Of a stretch of 64,000 bases of DNA, positions 43,623-58,642 are shown piece after piece; positions within the stretch are counted from its first letter, which is position 1; each line of letters starts with the position of its first letter. A program made the position numbers and the translations under genes. The DNA comes from Octopus vulgaris (taxonomy: Eukaryota). Where the stretch lies: positions 52,700,001-52,764,000 of the forward strand of contig OX597817.1 of assembly GCA_951406725.2 (NCBI GenBank), read 5' to 3'. The notes beneath the pieces were generated by a model, which was not told where the DNA came from, did not search any database, and worked only from the letters and a program-made list of their open reading frames with translations.

Positions 43623-46600
43623 TCATCATCATCATCATCATCGTTTAACGTCCGCTTTCCATGCTAGCATGGGTTGGACGGTTCAACTGGGGTCTGGGAA
43701 GCCCGAAGGCTGCACCAGGCCAGTCAGATGTGGCAGTGTTTCTACAGCTGGATGCCCTTCCTAACGCCAACCACTCCGAGAGTGTAGTGGGTGATTTTAT
43801 GTGCCACCGACACAGGTGCCAGACGAGGCTGGCAGACGGCCACGCTCGGATGGTGTTTTTTATGTGCCACCGACACAGGTGCCAGACGAGGCTGGCAGAC
43901 GGCCACGCTCGGATGGTGTTTTCTTATGTGTCACCGACACAGGTACCAGACGAGGCTGGCGGACGGCCACGCTCGGATGGTGTTTGTTACGTGCCCTCAG
44001 CACGGAGGCCAGTCATTGCGGTACTAGCTACGGTCACGTTCGGATGGTTTTCTTATGTGCCACCGGCACTGGTACCACAAGGATACAAATTCCATTGATG
44101 TTCATCTATTTTGATTTGGTTCGATTTGATTCGATACGATTCGATTCTCACTTGCCTCAACAGGTCTTCACAAGTGTCACAAGAAGGAAGGTATGCACAG
44201 GTGGACTGACTACGTCCCAGGTAGGGGCCACGGATTATGGCTTCACTAGTCTTGCCGGGTCTTCTCACGCACAGCATACTTCCATAGGTCTCGGTCTCTA
44301 GTCATTTCCATGGTGAGACCTAACGTCCGAAGGTCGTGCTTCACCACCTCGTCCCAGGTTTTCCTGGGTCTACCTCTTCCACGGGTTCCCTCAACTGCTA
44401 GGGATTGGCACTTTCTCACACACCTATCTTCATCCATTCTCGCCACATGACCATACCAGCGCAATCTTCTCTCTTGCACACAACAACTGATGCTTCTTAG
44501 GTACAACATTTCTCTCAAGGTACTAACGCTCTGTCGAGTAAGTACACTGACATTACACATCCATCGGAGCATACTGGCTTCGTTCCTCACGAGCTTACGC
44601 ATGTCCTCAGCAGTCACGGCCCATGTTTCACTGCCATGTAGCATAGCTGTTCGTACACATGCATCATACAGTCTGCCTTTTACTCTGAGCGAGAGGCCTT
44701 TAGTCACCAGCAGAGGTAAGAGCTCCCTAAACTTTGCCCAGGCTATTCTTATTCTAGCAGTTACACTTTCAGCGCACCCACCCCCACTACTGACTTGGTC
44801 ACCTAGATAGCGGAAGCTATCAACTACTTCTAGTTTTTTCCCCCGGAAAGTGACAGAAGTTGTTTTCTGCAGATTTTCAGAGGTCAATGCTCCAGAGCAC
44901 CTGCCACATACAAAACTATCTTCCCAGTTAGCCTACCTTTGACATTGCTGCACCTCTTATGTGTCCATAGCTTACACTGGGTACATCTTATAGAGTTTCT
45001 ACCTACACCTTTTCTACAGATCGAGCAGGGCCATCTTCCTGAGGATATTTGTGGGTTTTCTACCTTTCTACTTATTAGTACTTTGGTTTTAGCTAGGTTG
45101 ACTCTAAGGCCCCTCGATTCTAAACCCTCCTTCCACACCTGGAACTTCTCCTCCAGTTCTGATAGTGACTCAGCGATTAGAGCGAGGTCGTCAGCATAGA
45201 GGAGCTCCCAGGGGCAACCTGTCTTGAATTCTTCCGTTATTGCCTGGAGGACTATGATAAATAGGAGGGGCTGAGTACTGAACCCTGGTGGACCCCAACC
45301 TCTACTTTGAATTCTTCTGTGTACATGTTGCCAACTCTAACCTTACTTACGGCATCTCTGTACATGGCTTGCACAGCCCTCACCAGCCATTCATCTATCC
45401 CCAGTTTCCTCATTGACCACCAGATGAGGGATCAGGGGACCCTATCAAAGGCTTTCTCCATGTCAACGAAAGCCAGGTACAGGGGCTTATCCTTGGCTAG
45501 GTATTTCTCCTGCAGCTGCCTTACCAGGAATATAGCATCAGTGGTGCTTTTCCCTGGGACAAACCCAAACTGCATCTCATCTAAACTAACTCTCTCTCTA
45601 ATTAGTTGGGCTATGACCCTCTCCGTAACCTTCATTACCTGATCCAACAGCTTGATACCTCTGTAATTATTTGTATCCAGGGCATCACCTTTACCTTTGT
45701 AGCAGTTGACTAGTATGCTGCTACACCAGTCATTGGGTATGACTCCTTCGTGTATCACCTGGTTGACTATACGGGTGACTAGGTTATAGCCGACACTGCC
45801 AGATATTTTGAGCATCTCTGCAGTAATTCCTGATGGGCCTGGGGCTTTCCCTGTCTTCATGCTTCTAATTGCCTTAGCTACCACGGAACTATCAACTCGG
45901 ATAGCTGGTCCCTCTGTTGGGTCAACATTTGGCAGACTCTCTTTATCCCATTCATTTTCTTTATTCAGCAACCTTTCATAGTGGCATCTCCAAACCTCTC
46001 TCTTTGCATCCTCATTTAGCGCAAGTGAACCATCATCCATGCGAACACACTTCTCTCCTACCACATCACGATTCTCTCTCACACACTGTCTTGCAACACG
46101 AAATACCTCAAGTCTTTCATCCTCACGGCTCAGAACATTGGCAAATTTTTTCTTATCCGCTTCCCCTCTGGCTAAATAAACCTGTCTCCTAGCTTCCCTT
46201 TTGGCTGTCTGATACAATTCCCTGCTACCACCGTTCTTCCAGTCCTTCCAAGCCTGTCTCTTTTGTCTAATAGCCCCGTCAACCACCGTGTTCCACCACC
46301 ATGTAACTCTGGGTCGAGATGGTACTTTGCTCCATCCACAGATCTGGTCAGTGGCTGTCAGCAGATTGTCCCGTAGGAATCTCCAGTTGTCTTCCACATT
46401 AAGTGAAGCTATATCCCCTTCTATTTCGTCAGAGGCTTCGAGTAGTATGTCTCTAAATCTCTGTCCATTTGCAGGATCTTTAAGCTTCCAGACCCTTCTC
46501 CTCCAAGCTGGTCTTCTTCTGGGCAACCATTTAGCTCTGATCCTGAAGTCGCTAACTACTAATCTATGTTGGGGAGTACATTCTTCGCCTGGGAAGGTTT

Positions 46601-46690
46601 TGGCATTTATAATCAGCCCTCTTTCCCTTTTTCTGGCAAGGATGTAGTCAATCTGGCTGGTGTGTCTGCCAGAACGGTAGGTGACTAGGA
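43623..46690 (-). mobile_element. 5'-truncated RTE-clade LINE with (GAT)n tail
   Basis: QIDYIL..QHRLV (APE end), [35 protein letters not shown]; ORFs 45432-46697, 44884-45138 and 44246-44887. Confidence 0.92.
43795..44070. repeat. ~62-bp tandem repeat in RTE 3'UTR
   Basis: tatgtgccaccgacacaggtgccagacgaggctggcagacggccacgctcggatggtg three times, plus diverged units. Confidence 0.9.
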
Positions 46691-46699
46691 TATACATAC

Positions 46700-46791
<92 letters not shown>

Positions 46792-46828
46792 GTATATATA
46801 TATATATACGTATATATATATATATATA

Positions 46829-47212
46829 TCTCTCTCTATATAAACGGCAGTTTGTCTGTGCGTTTTCTGTGTGTCTGTTTTCTCGTACCCTCACTCTGAC
46901 CACGGCTTTCAACCGATTCTGATGAAACTTGACACACACATAGCCCAATGTCATAATTCAAAACTAACGCAGCGAAAATTTTGAAAAGTTCCCCCAGTTC
47001 TGAAAAAAATCGATAAATTCGACATGGGGTCGAGAATCAGAAACCCAAACCACAGACCGTCTAGGGGACACAACTCCAACTTTTTTAACTCTCAAAAAAA
47101 ATTTACCATAATTTTTTTCCCATTTTTTTGCTATTTTTTGGCTATAACTCTCTAAAAATGCTTTATAGTTATTTCCCTTACAAACCTGAGCAACGCCGGG
47201 CGATACTGCTAG
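46829..47212 (+). mobile_element. Non-autonomous Helitron-like element
   Basis: A|TCtctctctatataaa ... cctg-agcaacgc-cggg hairpin, cgatactgCTAG|T. Confidence 0.75.
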
Positions 47213-47257
47213 TATATATATATACGTATATATATATACGTATATATATATATATAC

Positions 47258-47308
<51 letters not shown>

Positions 47309-47669
47309 CGTATATATATACGTATATATATATATATAGGTATATATATACATATATATATATACGTATATATATACATATATATATATACGTATATATA
47401 CGTATATATATACGTATATATACGTATATATATACATATATATACATATATATATATACGTATATATATACATATATATATATATACGTATATATATACG
47501 TATATATATACGTATATATATATATATACGTATATATATACGTATATATATACGTATATATATATATATATATATATAGTATATATGTATATATAGGTAT
47601 ATATATATATATATATATACGTATATATATATGTATATATATATATATGTATATGTATATATATATATA

Positions 47670-50600
47670 TGATTGATTGATTGATTGATTGATTCTTGTT
47701 TCAGCTTATGAGCTGTGGCCATGCTGGGGCACCGCCATTTGGTGTTGCTACTTGGTTTCACTTCACGAAAGCTTTCTAGCAACTGCCATTTGGTGCATGA
47801 GAGTGTTCGATGCAGCTGCCCTCATCTGCCCCTCCTGCCGTGAAGTTGGTTCATCTGGGACACCTGACAGGAAGAGATCCAGCTCCATTTTAAAGACATC
47901 TGCATCCACCCCATGCAGGTCTCTCAGGTTCTTCGGGAGGATATTGAAGAGCTGTGGGCCTCGGAAGCCCAGGCTATCACAGAATCTTGTCCTACATCTT
48001 GATGGCAAGTTTAGAGTCCTAGGCACCACGCAGTGGCGCCCAGTTCTGGCATTTGCGTAACTCTCGATGCCAAAGTTCAAGACACATCCCTCCAGGATCT
48101 TCCAGATGTATATTATGGCATATCTTTCCCGCCTACGCTCCAGGGAATATAGTTTTAATCTCTTGAGTCTTTCCCAGTAGCTTACATTCTGCATAGAGGC
48201 TATCTTCTTCGTGTAGCTACGTTGGATCGCCTCGAGCTCTGTGATCAACTTGACACTGGATGGTGACCATAACTGAGAGCAGTAGTCAAAGTGGCTTAGG
48301 ACAAGTGTCCTCCAGAGGACCATCATGGTTTCTTGTTCTCTTGTTCTAAAGGTTCTGAGGATCCATCCGGACAGTCGTCTACATTTCATTGCCAATTTAG
48401 CAACATGTACACGAAAGGTCGCGTCATCACTCATGTAAATACCTAGGTCACGCACTGATTGTGAGTCTGGAATTGCTATTTCTCCGGGTCCAGTGTATTC
48501 ATTGGGTATTGCATTTAGTTTTGCATGCTGATAGTATAGAGCTTGAAACTTTTCAGCATTGAACTGCATGGTATTCTTTTCGGCCCACTTGTATATTTTG
48601 TCCAGCTCACATTGCAGGTGTTTAGTGTCCTCAGGGTTCTGTATTGCCTGTGAAACTTTTGTATCATCTGCATAACTTGTGATCGTGGCTCTCTGCGTGG
48701 CTGAGGGCATGTCTGAGAGGGCCATTATGAACAGTAGTGGTCCCAGAACAGTGCCCTGCGGAACACCGCTCACTATTTGCGTGTTAATGGAAGTGGCCCC
48801 ATTGGCTACTACCACCTGACTTCTATCTTTCAGAAAGTCATGAAGCCATTCTCCCAGTTTTCCAACTATGTTGAGATCACGCAGTTTGTGACATATCATT
48901 CCATGATCGACTTTATCAAAGGCCTTTGCAAAGTCGAGATATATCACTTCCACATTTGAGTGGTTGAGCAGCCGTTTCAGCACCCAGTCATAGTGTTGTA
49001 GGAGCTGAGTTAAACAGCTTCTCCTTGGTCGGAAACCATGTTGTGTGTCGGGCAGCAAGTCATTCTCTTCAAGGAAGGTGATTAGCTTCCTTCTGACTAT
49101 TCGTTCCATGACCTTGCTGATGTGTGAGGTCAGAGAGATTGGTTTATAGTTCTTGGCTTCCGCTCTGCTACCTCCTTTATGAATGGGGCATATTTTACCT
49201 TCCTTCAGTTTTCTTGGAAGTTTGCCAGCTGCAAGGAAGCTCTGAAAGAGGAACTGCAGTGGTCTTGCTAGGACTCTCTTACGTACTTTTAGGAGGATTG
49301 CCGGGAATCCATCGGGGCCAGTAGCTGAGTCTGTTTTCATTTCATCTATAGCCTTGATTACATCGTCTTCCTTTATATCGATGTAATCTATCGTCGCCGC
49401 CTCTGATTTTATATCTGCTGTGGTAAAAAAGTCAGTTGGATTGGTGATTTGGAGATGCCCAAGGGGTGGAGTGAAAACACTCTTGAATTGCTCATTCAGT
49501 ATTTCACTTACCCTCATTGGTTTTCCTGTAAGTGTGCCATCCTTTTCGAGGAGTGGCCCTATTCTACAGTGCACCGTAGCTGTTTCTTTGGCATACCTGT
49601 AGAAAGCTCTGGGGTTAGATTTTATGTTGTCTATAGCCCAGGCTTCTTTGTCTGCTCTTTCTTTTTCATGGGAGAGTTGCAGACATTTTTCGATTTCCAA
49701 CAGTTTTATTTTTAGGCGGGACTTTTCACTGCTTTCAATCTGTTTGTTTAGGCGATTTGAAAATTTTGTACGCCGTCTCATTAAAATTTTCCTCTCTCTG
49801 GGGATTTTGTTCTTGTGTACAGTGGCCTTTCTCTCTGGGACACATTTGTAGCATATGGCTTGCATTACAGACATGAATTGTTGAAGTTTCACGTCGATGT
49901 CTGGCGAGGAGAGACATTTAGGCCAGTTTTGTTTGAGGATCTCTTTCTCAATTTGTTTCCAGTTTGCCTTATGGTAGTTCAAGCTGGAAAGATTCTGAGG
50001 GTTTCTTGTAGGCTGCATGTCCGTGCTCTCTTTTGGCCCGTACATGGTCAGCTCTATCATGTTGTGATCCGAGAGTAGTGTCGGTGTCACTTTCACATTA
50101 TGGATGAGATCCATGTCATTTGTGAAGCAGAGATCCAGTGTGTTACCTGCCCTGGTTGGTTGGAGTATTACCTGCTCCATGTACAGGGTGTTGATGAGGT
50201 TCAAGAGGGACCTCGCCTGTCCTCATTCACATCTTGTGATTCCTGGGAGAGAAAGGCCCTCGGGCCATCTGACATTGGGCAGATTGAAGTCTCCCATAAG
50301 AAGTACACTTATGTGTTGTTCTAATGCGGTTAGAACTTCTTCTATTTTTATAAGGCAGTCTTCAAACTTGCCCACATGGCTTGGGGCATCTGGAGGGCGA
50401 TATGTAGCACACACAACTACATCAAGTTGCCTAATATGTACAATTAGTGTGTCACACACCGAGTTTGAGTATTACAAGAGGACCTAGGGTGTGAGGTCCT
50501 CACGGATGTACATAGCAACACCTCCATGACTCCTTTCTTTTCTGTCGGTCCATAGTACAGCATACTGTGGTATGTGTAACTCCGCATCTGCTATGTCCGG

Positions 50601-50707
50601 TTTCAGGTGCGTTTCTGTAAGTGCTATGCATAAGGCTTGATTGCATGCAACAAAGTCTCTCAGGAACGGGATTTTTGTCCTGTTACTGAGTGTTTGCAGT
50701 CCTCTGA
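47670..50707 (-). mobile_element. (ATCA)n LINE, alpha-like, 5'-truncated; 813-aa ORF 47763-50204
   Basis: APE and RT motifs, tail, TA flanks. Confidence 0.95.
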
Positions 50708-50720
50708 CATATATATATAC

Positions 50721-50751
<31 letters not shown>

Positions 50752-50764
50752 CATATATATATAC

Positions 50765-50813
<49 letters not shown>

Positions 50814-50830
50814 CATACATATATATATAC

Positions 50831-50877
<47 letters not shown>

Positions 50878-50910
50878 CATATATACATATACATATATAC
50901 ATACATATAT

Positions 50911-51299
50911 TTTTTTTGAAGCACTCCGTCGGTTACGACGACGAGGGTTCCGGTTGATCCGAATCAATGGAACAGCCTGCTCGTGAAATTAACGTGTAAG
51001 TGGCTGAGCATTCCACAGACACGTGTACCCTTAACGTAGTTCTCGGGGATATTCAGCATGACACAGAGAGTGACAAGGCTGGCCCTTTGAAATACAGGTA
51101 CAACAGAAACAGGAAGTAAGAGTGAGAGAAAGTTGTGGTGAAAGAGTACAGCAGGTATCACCACCATCCCCTGCCGGAGCCTCGTGGAGCTTTTAGGTGT
51201 TTTCGCTCAATAAACACTCACAACGCCCGGTCTGGGAATCGAAACCGCGATCCTACGACCGCGAGTTCGCCGCCCTAACCACTGGCTCATTGCGCCTCC
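50911..51299 (-). mobile_element. Young tRNA-derived SINE (family S3)
   Basis: Minus strand ggaggcgcaatgagccagtggttaggg (A box), ggtttcgattccc (B box), CpG-rich body, A-tail. Confidence 0.8.
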
Positions 51300-51334
51300 G
51301 TAACATACATATATATATACATATACATATACAC

Positions 51335-51398
<64 letters not shown>

Positions 51399-51399
<1 letters not shown>

Positions 51400-52930
51400 A
51401 ACCCAACAACCCTGGCCGCCCCATCGTCTCCGCCTGTAACTGCCCCACGGAGCTCATCTCTAAATACCTCGACCGTGTCCTTGCCCCCCTAGTGGCATCT
51501 CTTCCCTCCCACATCCACGATACCAACCATGCTCTCCGGCTTTTCAACTCTTTCTCCTTTCCTCCCGGCTCCTCCAAAATCCTTTTTACTATGGACATCC
51601 AAAGCCTCTATACTGTTATCCCTCACCACGAAGGACTGCAGGCCCTTCGACACTTTCTTGACCTCCGCTCTAACCCTGTACCTGACACCTCCACACTCAT
51701 TCGTCTGGCCGAACTTGTCCTTACTCTGAACTGCTTCTCGTTCGCGGGCGAGTTCTACCATCAGATCTCGGGAGTGGCCATGGGAACGCGAATGGGCCCC
51801 AACTATGCGAACCTGTTCGTTGGCTATGTTGAGGCCCAAATATTCTCTAATTTCACTGGTCCCACTCCTGAACTATATGGTCGTTATATTGACGACATTA
51901 TCGGTGCCACCTCACTCTCCCGCGAACATCTAGATTCCTTCCTCTCTTTCGTCCAATCTTTCCATCCAGCCCTCCACTTCACTTCCACTATCTCCAACAC
52001 CTCTGTCTCCTTCCTCGACATTTCGGTTAGCATTCTTCACTCCACTCTTACCACCTCCATTCACTACAAACACACAGACTCACACTCATACCTCAACTTC
52101 TCTTCCTCCCACCCAGAACACACCAAGCTTTCCATCCCCTATTCCCAATTCCTCCGTCTACGTAGGCTCTGTAGTGACGACCATGACTTTGAGACTCAGT
52201 CTCAACGTATGGCTCACCACTTCACCCTACGTGGATACCCCCTCACCACTATCCACACCGCCCTTGCCAGAGCACGGTCCGTGGACCGTGTATCTGCTCT
52301 CTCTCCCCGAACCCGCCCTGTAGTCTCCCGCCTCCCTTTTCCCCTCACTTACCACCCCACGACCCTACGTCTCCAACGCACCATTCTTCGAGCTTTCCGT
52401 CATCTCCAGTCCGACCCGTCCACTTCACACCTCTTCCCTAACCGACCCCTCCCCTCTTCCAAACGAGCCCACAACCTTCGAGACCTTTTGGTCCATAGCT
52501 CCTTCCCTGACCCTACCTCCCAACCCGGCTCGTTCCCCTGCTCCCGCCCACGTTGCCGCACTTGCCCTTACCTCTCCAACACCAGCCCGCCTCACTAGCA
52601 CCCACCATCGACCCTATCCCATCATCCACTCCTTCACCTGCACCTCCAGCAATATTATCTATTGCATCTCTTGCTCTCTCTGCAATTCCTTGTACATCGG
52701 ACAAACGGGACGCCGCTTGGCTGACCGGTTCGCGGAACACCTTCGTGACATCCACCTTGCGAACGACACACCGGTCTCACGCCATTTCCGCTCCACCGGT
52801 CACTCCTTGCAACACCTATCTGTGTTCGGTTTGTCCTTACACAGAGGCCATCCGGATTCCCGTTTGCGCCGTGAACAGGAATTAATCTTCTCTCTTCGCT
52901 CTTATACGCCATTTGGTCTCAACTCTCCCC
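51399..52930 (+). CDS. PLE RT + GIY-YIG endonuclease, partial and frameshifted near 52590
   Basis: ORFs 51492-52598 and 52690 onward; conserved region ends at PFGLN. Confidence 0.88.
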
Positions 52931-53774
52931 CCTCCTCATCTAACCCCCTCTCCCCCCCTCACCTATCCTTTCTCCCCCCGACCCCTACTTCTTCAGTCCT
53001 TCATCCTTTCACCCCTACTCCCCTTCCCTTCTTCCCTCTTTCTCCCTCCCTCTTCCCCTTCCCTCTGCTCCCTCACTCCCTCTCTCCCCCTCTCCCTCTT
53101 TCCTCCTTCATCCCCCTCCTCCCCTTCCTTCTCCCCCATCCTCTCCTCTTCCCCCTTCTCCTCCCCCTCTTCTTCCCCTCGCCTTCTCTCGCCCCTCTTC
53201 TCCCCCTCCCCCTCTTCTCCTCACTACACCACATGACCTTACACATCACATCACATATGATGTGCCATACTAATACACACACCAACTAATACATACTAAT
53301 ACGTACTAATACATACCAGTACATACTAATACTTACACCAACCCTATACATACACACGTCCAGACCCCGCATACGCACTTATACTCTCTCACACACACAC
53401 ACACACACCTATACATACCAATACGTACTAATACATACTAATACATACTAATACATACACCAACCCCATACATACGCACGTCCAGACCAATCTTACGCAC
53501 TAATACTCTCTCATACACACACACACACACACACACACCCTTATACATACTAATACATACACCAACCCTATACATACACACATCCAGACCCCTCCCACGC
53601 ACTTTTAGCTGGTCCCTCAACCCTTTTATCAACCCTATTATCTCCCCTTATTTCGCTCTCGCGTCTCATGTTTGATCTTTGACCTCTGGCCGAAATCAGA
53701 TCGCCATGTTGATTCGTTAGCTACTGCACGCATTTTTTTCTCTCCTTCTTTCTGTGTTTTTCTCTCTCTGTGTA

Positions 53775-53812
53775 TCTTTCTGTTGAAGAGCGTAGGCTCG
53801 AAACGTTAAAGA
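53775..53812 (+). ncRNA. Minimal variant hammerhead in Neptune PLE 3' end
   Basis: tcttt-CTGTTGA-a-gagc(gtag)gctc-GAAACGTT-aaaga; core has A6 replaced by U. Confidence 0.65.
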
Positions 53813-53931
53813 CTTGTTTTATTTATATTTCCTGAGCACCATACTAATACAATTGTTCGTTTGTTTTCCACCTGCCTTCGTCTTTTGTTTATTTTCATAA
53901 AGCTTCCCGTTATATACATATATATATATAC

Positions 53932-54066
<135 letters not shown>

Positions 54067-54246
54067 TATATACATATACACATATACATATATATATACA
54101 TATACACATATACATATACATATATACATATATATATACATATACATATATACATATACATATATACATATACATATATACATATACATATATACATATA
54201 TACATATACATATATATATACATATATACATATACATATATATATA

Positions 54247-54279
<33 letters not shown>

Positions 54280-54403
54280 ACATATACATATACATATATA
54301 TATACATATATATATACATATATATATATATATACATATATATATACATATATACATATATATATATACATATATATACATATATATATACATATACATA
54401 TAC

Positions 54404-54663
<260 letters not shown>

Positions 54664-54670
54664 TATATAC

Positions 54671-54957
<287 letters not shown>

Positions 54958-54965
54958 ATATATAT

Positions 54966-55007
<42 letters not shown>

Positions 55008-55078
55008 ATATATATATAAATATATATATAATATATCATATATATATACATATATATATATACATATATGTATATACA

Positions 55079-55128
<50 letters not shown>

Positions 55129-55414
55129 TATATATAACATATATATATACACATATATATATATACACATATATATATATATATATATATACATATATAT
55201 ATACATATATATACATATATATATACATATATATATATATACATATATATACATATATATACATATATATATATATAATATATATATATATATATAATAT
55301 ATATACATATATATATACATACATATATATACATATATATACATATATATATACATATATATATACATATATATATATACATATATATATATACATATAT
55401 ATACATATATATAC

Positions 55415-55447
<33 letters not shown>

Positions 55448-55470
55448 CATATATATACATATATATATAC

Positions 55471-55519
<49 letters not shown>

Positions 55520-55522
55520 CAT

Positions 55523-58500
55523 ATTGATTGATTGATTCCAGTTTAAGCTTATGAGCTGTGGCCATGCTGGGGCACCGCCATTTGGTGTTGCTACTTGGTT
55601 TCACTTCATGGAGGCTTTCTAGCAACTGCTATTTGGTGCATGAGAGAGTTCGATGCAGCTGCCCTCATCTGCCCCTCCTGCCGTGAAGTTGGTTCATCTG
55701 GGACACCTGACAGGAAGAGATCCAGCTCCATTTTAAAGACATCTGTATCCACCCCATGCAGGTCTCTCAGGTTCATCGGGAGGATATTGAAGAGCTGTGG
55801 GCCTCGGAAGCCCAGGCTATCACAGAATCTTGTCCTACATCTTGATGGCAAGTTTGGAGTCCTAGGCACCACGCAGTGGCGCCCAGTTCTGGCGTTTGCA
55901 TAACTCTCGATGCCAAAGTTCAGGACACTTCCCTCCAGGATCTTCCAGATGTATATTATGGCATATCTTTCCCGCCTACGCTCCAGGGAATATAATTTTA
56001 ATCTCTTGAGTCTTTCCCAGTAGCTTACATTCTGCATAGAGGCTATCTTCTTCGTGTAGCTTCGTTGGATCGCCTCAAGTTCTGTGATCAACTTGACACT
56101 GGATGGTGACCATAGCTGAGAGCAATAGTCAAAGTGACTTAGGACAAGTGTCTTCCAGAGGACCATCATGGTTTCTTGTTCTCTTGTTCTAAAGGTTCTA
56201 AGAATCCATCCAGCCAGCCGTCTGCATTTCATTGTCAGTTTAGCAACATGTACATGAAAGGTCGCGTCATCACTCATGTGAATACCCAGGTCACGCACTG
56301 ATTGTGCCTCTGGGATTGCAATCCCTCCGGGTCCAGTGTATTCCTTGGGTATTGCATTCAGTTTTGCATGCTGATAGTATAAAGCTTGAAACTTTTCAGC
56401 ATTGAACTGCATGCTATTCTTTTCAGCCCACTTGTATATTTAGTCCAGCTCATATTGCAGGTGCCTAGTGTCTTCAGGGTTCTGTATTGCCTGTGAAACT
56501 TTTGTATCATCTGCATAACTTGTGATCGTGGCTCTCCGCGTGGCTGAGGGCATGTCTGAGAGGGCCATTATGAACAGTAGTGGTCCCAAAACAGTGCCCT
56601 GTGGAACACCGCTCACTATTTGCGTGCTAATGGAAGTGGCCCCATTGGCTACTACCACCTGACTTCTATTCTTCAGAAAATCGTGAAGCCATTCTCCTAG
56701 TTTTCCAACTATGCCAAGATCACGCAGTTTGTGACATATCATTCCATGATCGACTTTATCGAAGGCCTTTGCGAAGTCGAGATATATGACTTCCACATTT
56801 GAGTGGTTGAGCAGTTGTTTCAGCACCCAGTCATAGTGCTGCAGGAGCTGAGTTAAGCAGCTTCTTCCTGGTCGGAAACCATGTTGGGTGTCAGGCAGCA
56901 AGTCATTTTCTTCAAGGAAGGTGATTAGTTTCCTTCTGACTATTCGTTCCATGACCTTGCTGATGTGTGAGGTCAGAGAGATAGGTCTGTAGTTCTTGGC
57001 CTCCGCTCTGCTACCTCCTTTATGAATAGGGCATATTTTACCTTCCTTCAGTTTTCTTGGAAGTTTGCCAGCTGCAAGGAAGCTCTGAAAGAGGAACTGC
57101 AGTGGTCTTGCTAAGACTCTCTTATGTACTTTTAGGAGGATTGCCGGGAATCCATCGGGGCCAATAGCTGAGTCTATTTTCATTTCATCTATAGCCTTGA
57201 TTACACCGTCTTCCTTTATATCGAAGTAATTTAACGTCGCCGCCTCTGATTCTATATCTGCAGTGGTAAAAAAGTCAGTTGGGTTGCTGATTTGGAAATG
57301 CCCAAGGGGTGGAGTGAAAACACTCTTGAATTGTTCATTCAGTATTTCACTTACCCTCATTGGTTTTCCTGTGAGTGTGCCATCCTTTTCAAGGAGTGGC
57401 CCTATCCTACAGTGCACCGTAGCTGTTTCTTTGGCATACCTGTAGAAAGCTCTGGGGTTAGTTTTTATGTTGTCTATAGCCCAGGCTTCTTTGTCTGCTC
57501 TTTCCTTCTCATGGGAGAGTTGCAGACAATTTTCAATTTCCAACAGTTTTATTTTCAGGCGGGACTTTTCACTGCTTTCAATTTGTTTGTTTAGGCGATT
57601 TGAGATTTTTGTGCGCCGTCTCATTAAAATTTTTCTCTCTCTGGGGATTTTGTTCTTGTGTACAGTGGCCTTTCTCTCTGGGACACATTTGTAGCATATG
57701 GCTTGCATTACAGACATGAATTGTTGAAGTATCATGTCGATGTCCGGCGAGGAGAGACATTCAGGCCAGTTTTGTTTGAGGATCTCTTTCTCAATTTGTT
57801 TCCAGTTTGCCTTATTGAAGTTCAAGCTGGAAAGATTCTGAGGGTTTCTTGTAGGCTGCATGTCCGTGCTCTCTTTTGGCCCGTACATGGTCAGCTCTAT
57901 CATGTTGTGATCCGAGAGTAGTGTCGGTGTCACTCTCACATTATGGATGAGATCCATATTATTTGTGAAGCAGAGATCCAGTGTGTTACCCGCTCTGGTT
58001 GGTTGGAGTATTACTTGCTCCATGTACAGGGTGTTGGTGAGGTTCAGGAGGGACCTCGCCTGTCCTCGTTCACATCTTGTCATTCCTGGGAGAGAAAGGC
58101 CCTCGGGCCATCTGACATTCGGTAGATTGAAGTCTCCCATGAGAAGTACACTTATGTGTTGTTCTAATGTGGTTAGAACTTCTTCTATTTTTAAAAGGCA
58201 GTCCTCAAACTTGCCCATATGACTTGGGGCATCTGGAGGGCGATATGTAGCACACACAACTACATCAAGTTGCCTTATGTGTACAATTAGTGTGTCACAC
58301 ACCGAGTTTGAGTATGACAAAAGGACCTGGGGTGTGAGGTCCCCACGGATGTACATAGCAACTCCTCCATGACTTCTTTCTTTCCTGTCGGTCCGTAGTA
58401 CAACATACTGTGGTATGTGTAATTCCGTATCTGCTATGTCCGGTTTCAGATGAGTTTCTTGAGTGCTATGCATAAGGCTTGATTGCATGCGACAAAGTCT

Positions 58501-58580
58501 CTCAGGAACGGGACTTTTGTCCTGTTACTGTGTGTTAGTAGTCCTCTGATGTTCAGTAGGAGCATCGAGGTGAGGTGTAT
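55523..58580 (-). mobile_element. (ATCA)n LINE beta, 5'-truncated, without the internal deletion
   Basis: ORFs 56440-58488 and 55606-56412, separated by one nonsense codon. Confidence 0.95.
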
Positions 58581-58586
58581 ATATAC

Positions 58587-58639
<53 letters not shown>

Positions 58640-58642
58640 CAT

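Larger units (their letters stand above)
51399..53910 (+). mobile_element. 5'-truncated Penelope-like element (Neptune-type)
   Basis: KPNNPGRPIVS, MDIQSLYT, GVAMG, RYIDD, SSHP; CSRPRCRTC linker; YIGQTGRRLADRFAEH (GIY-YIG); TA flanks. Confidence 0.92.

Noticed and set aside
43795-44070. CRISPR-like regular repeats
   Set aside because: Whole units repeat with no unique spacers; they lie in an RTE 3'UTR in a eukaryotic context.
51220-51299. tRNA gene
   Set aside because: A and B boxes are present but continue into a ~300-bp body and A-tail, so this is a SINE head.
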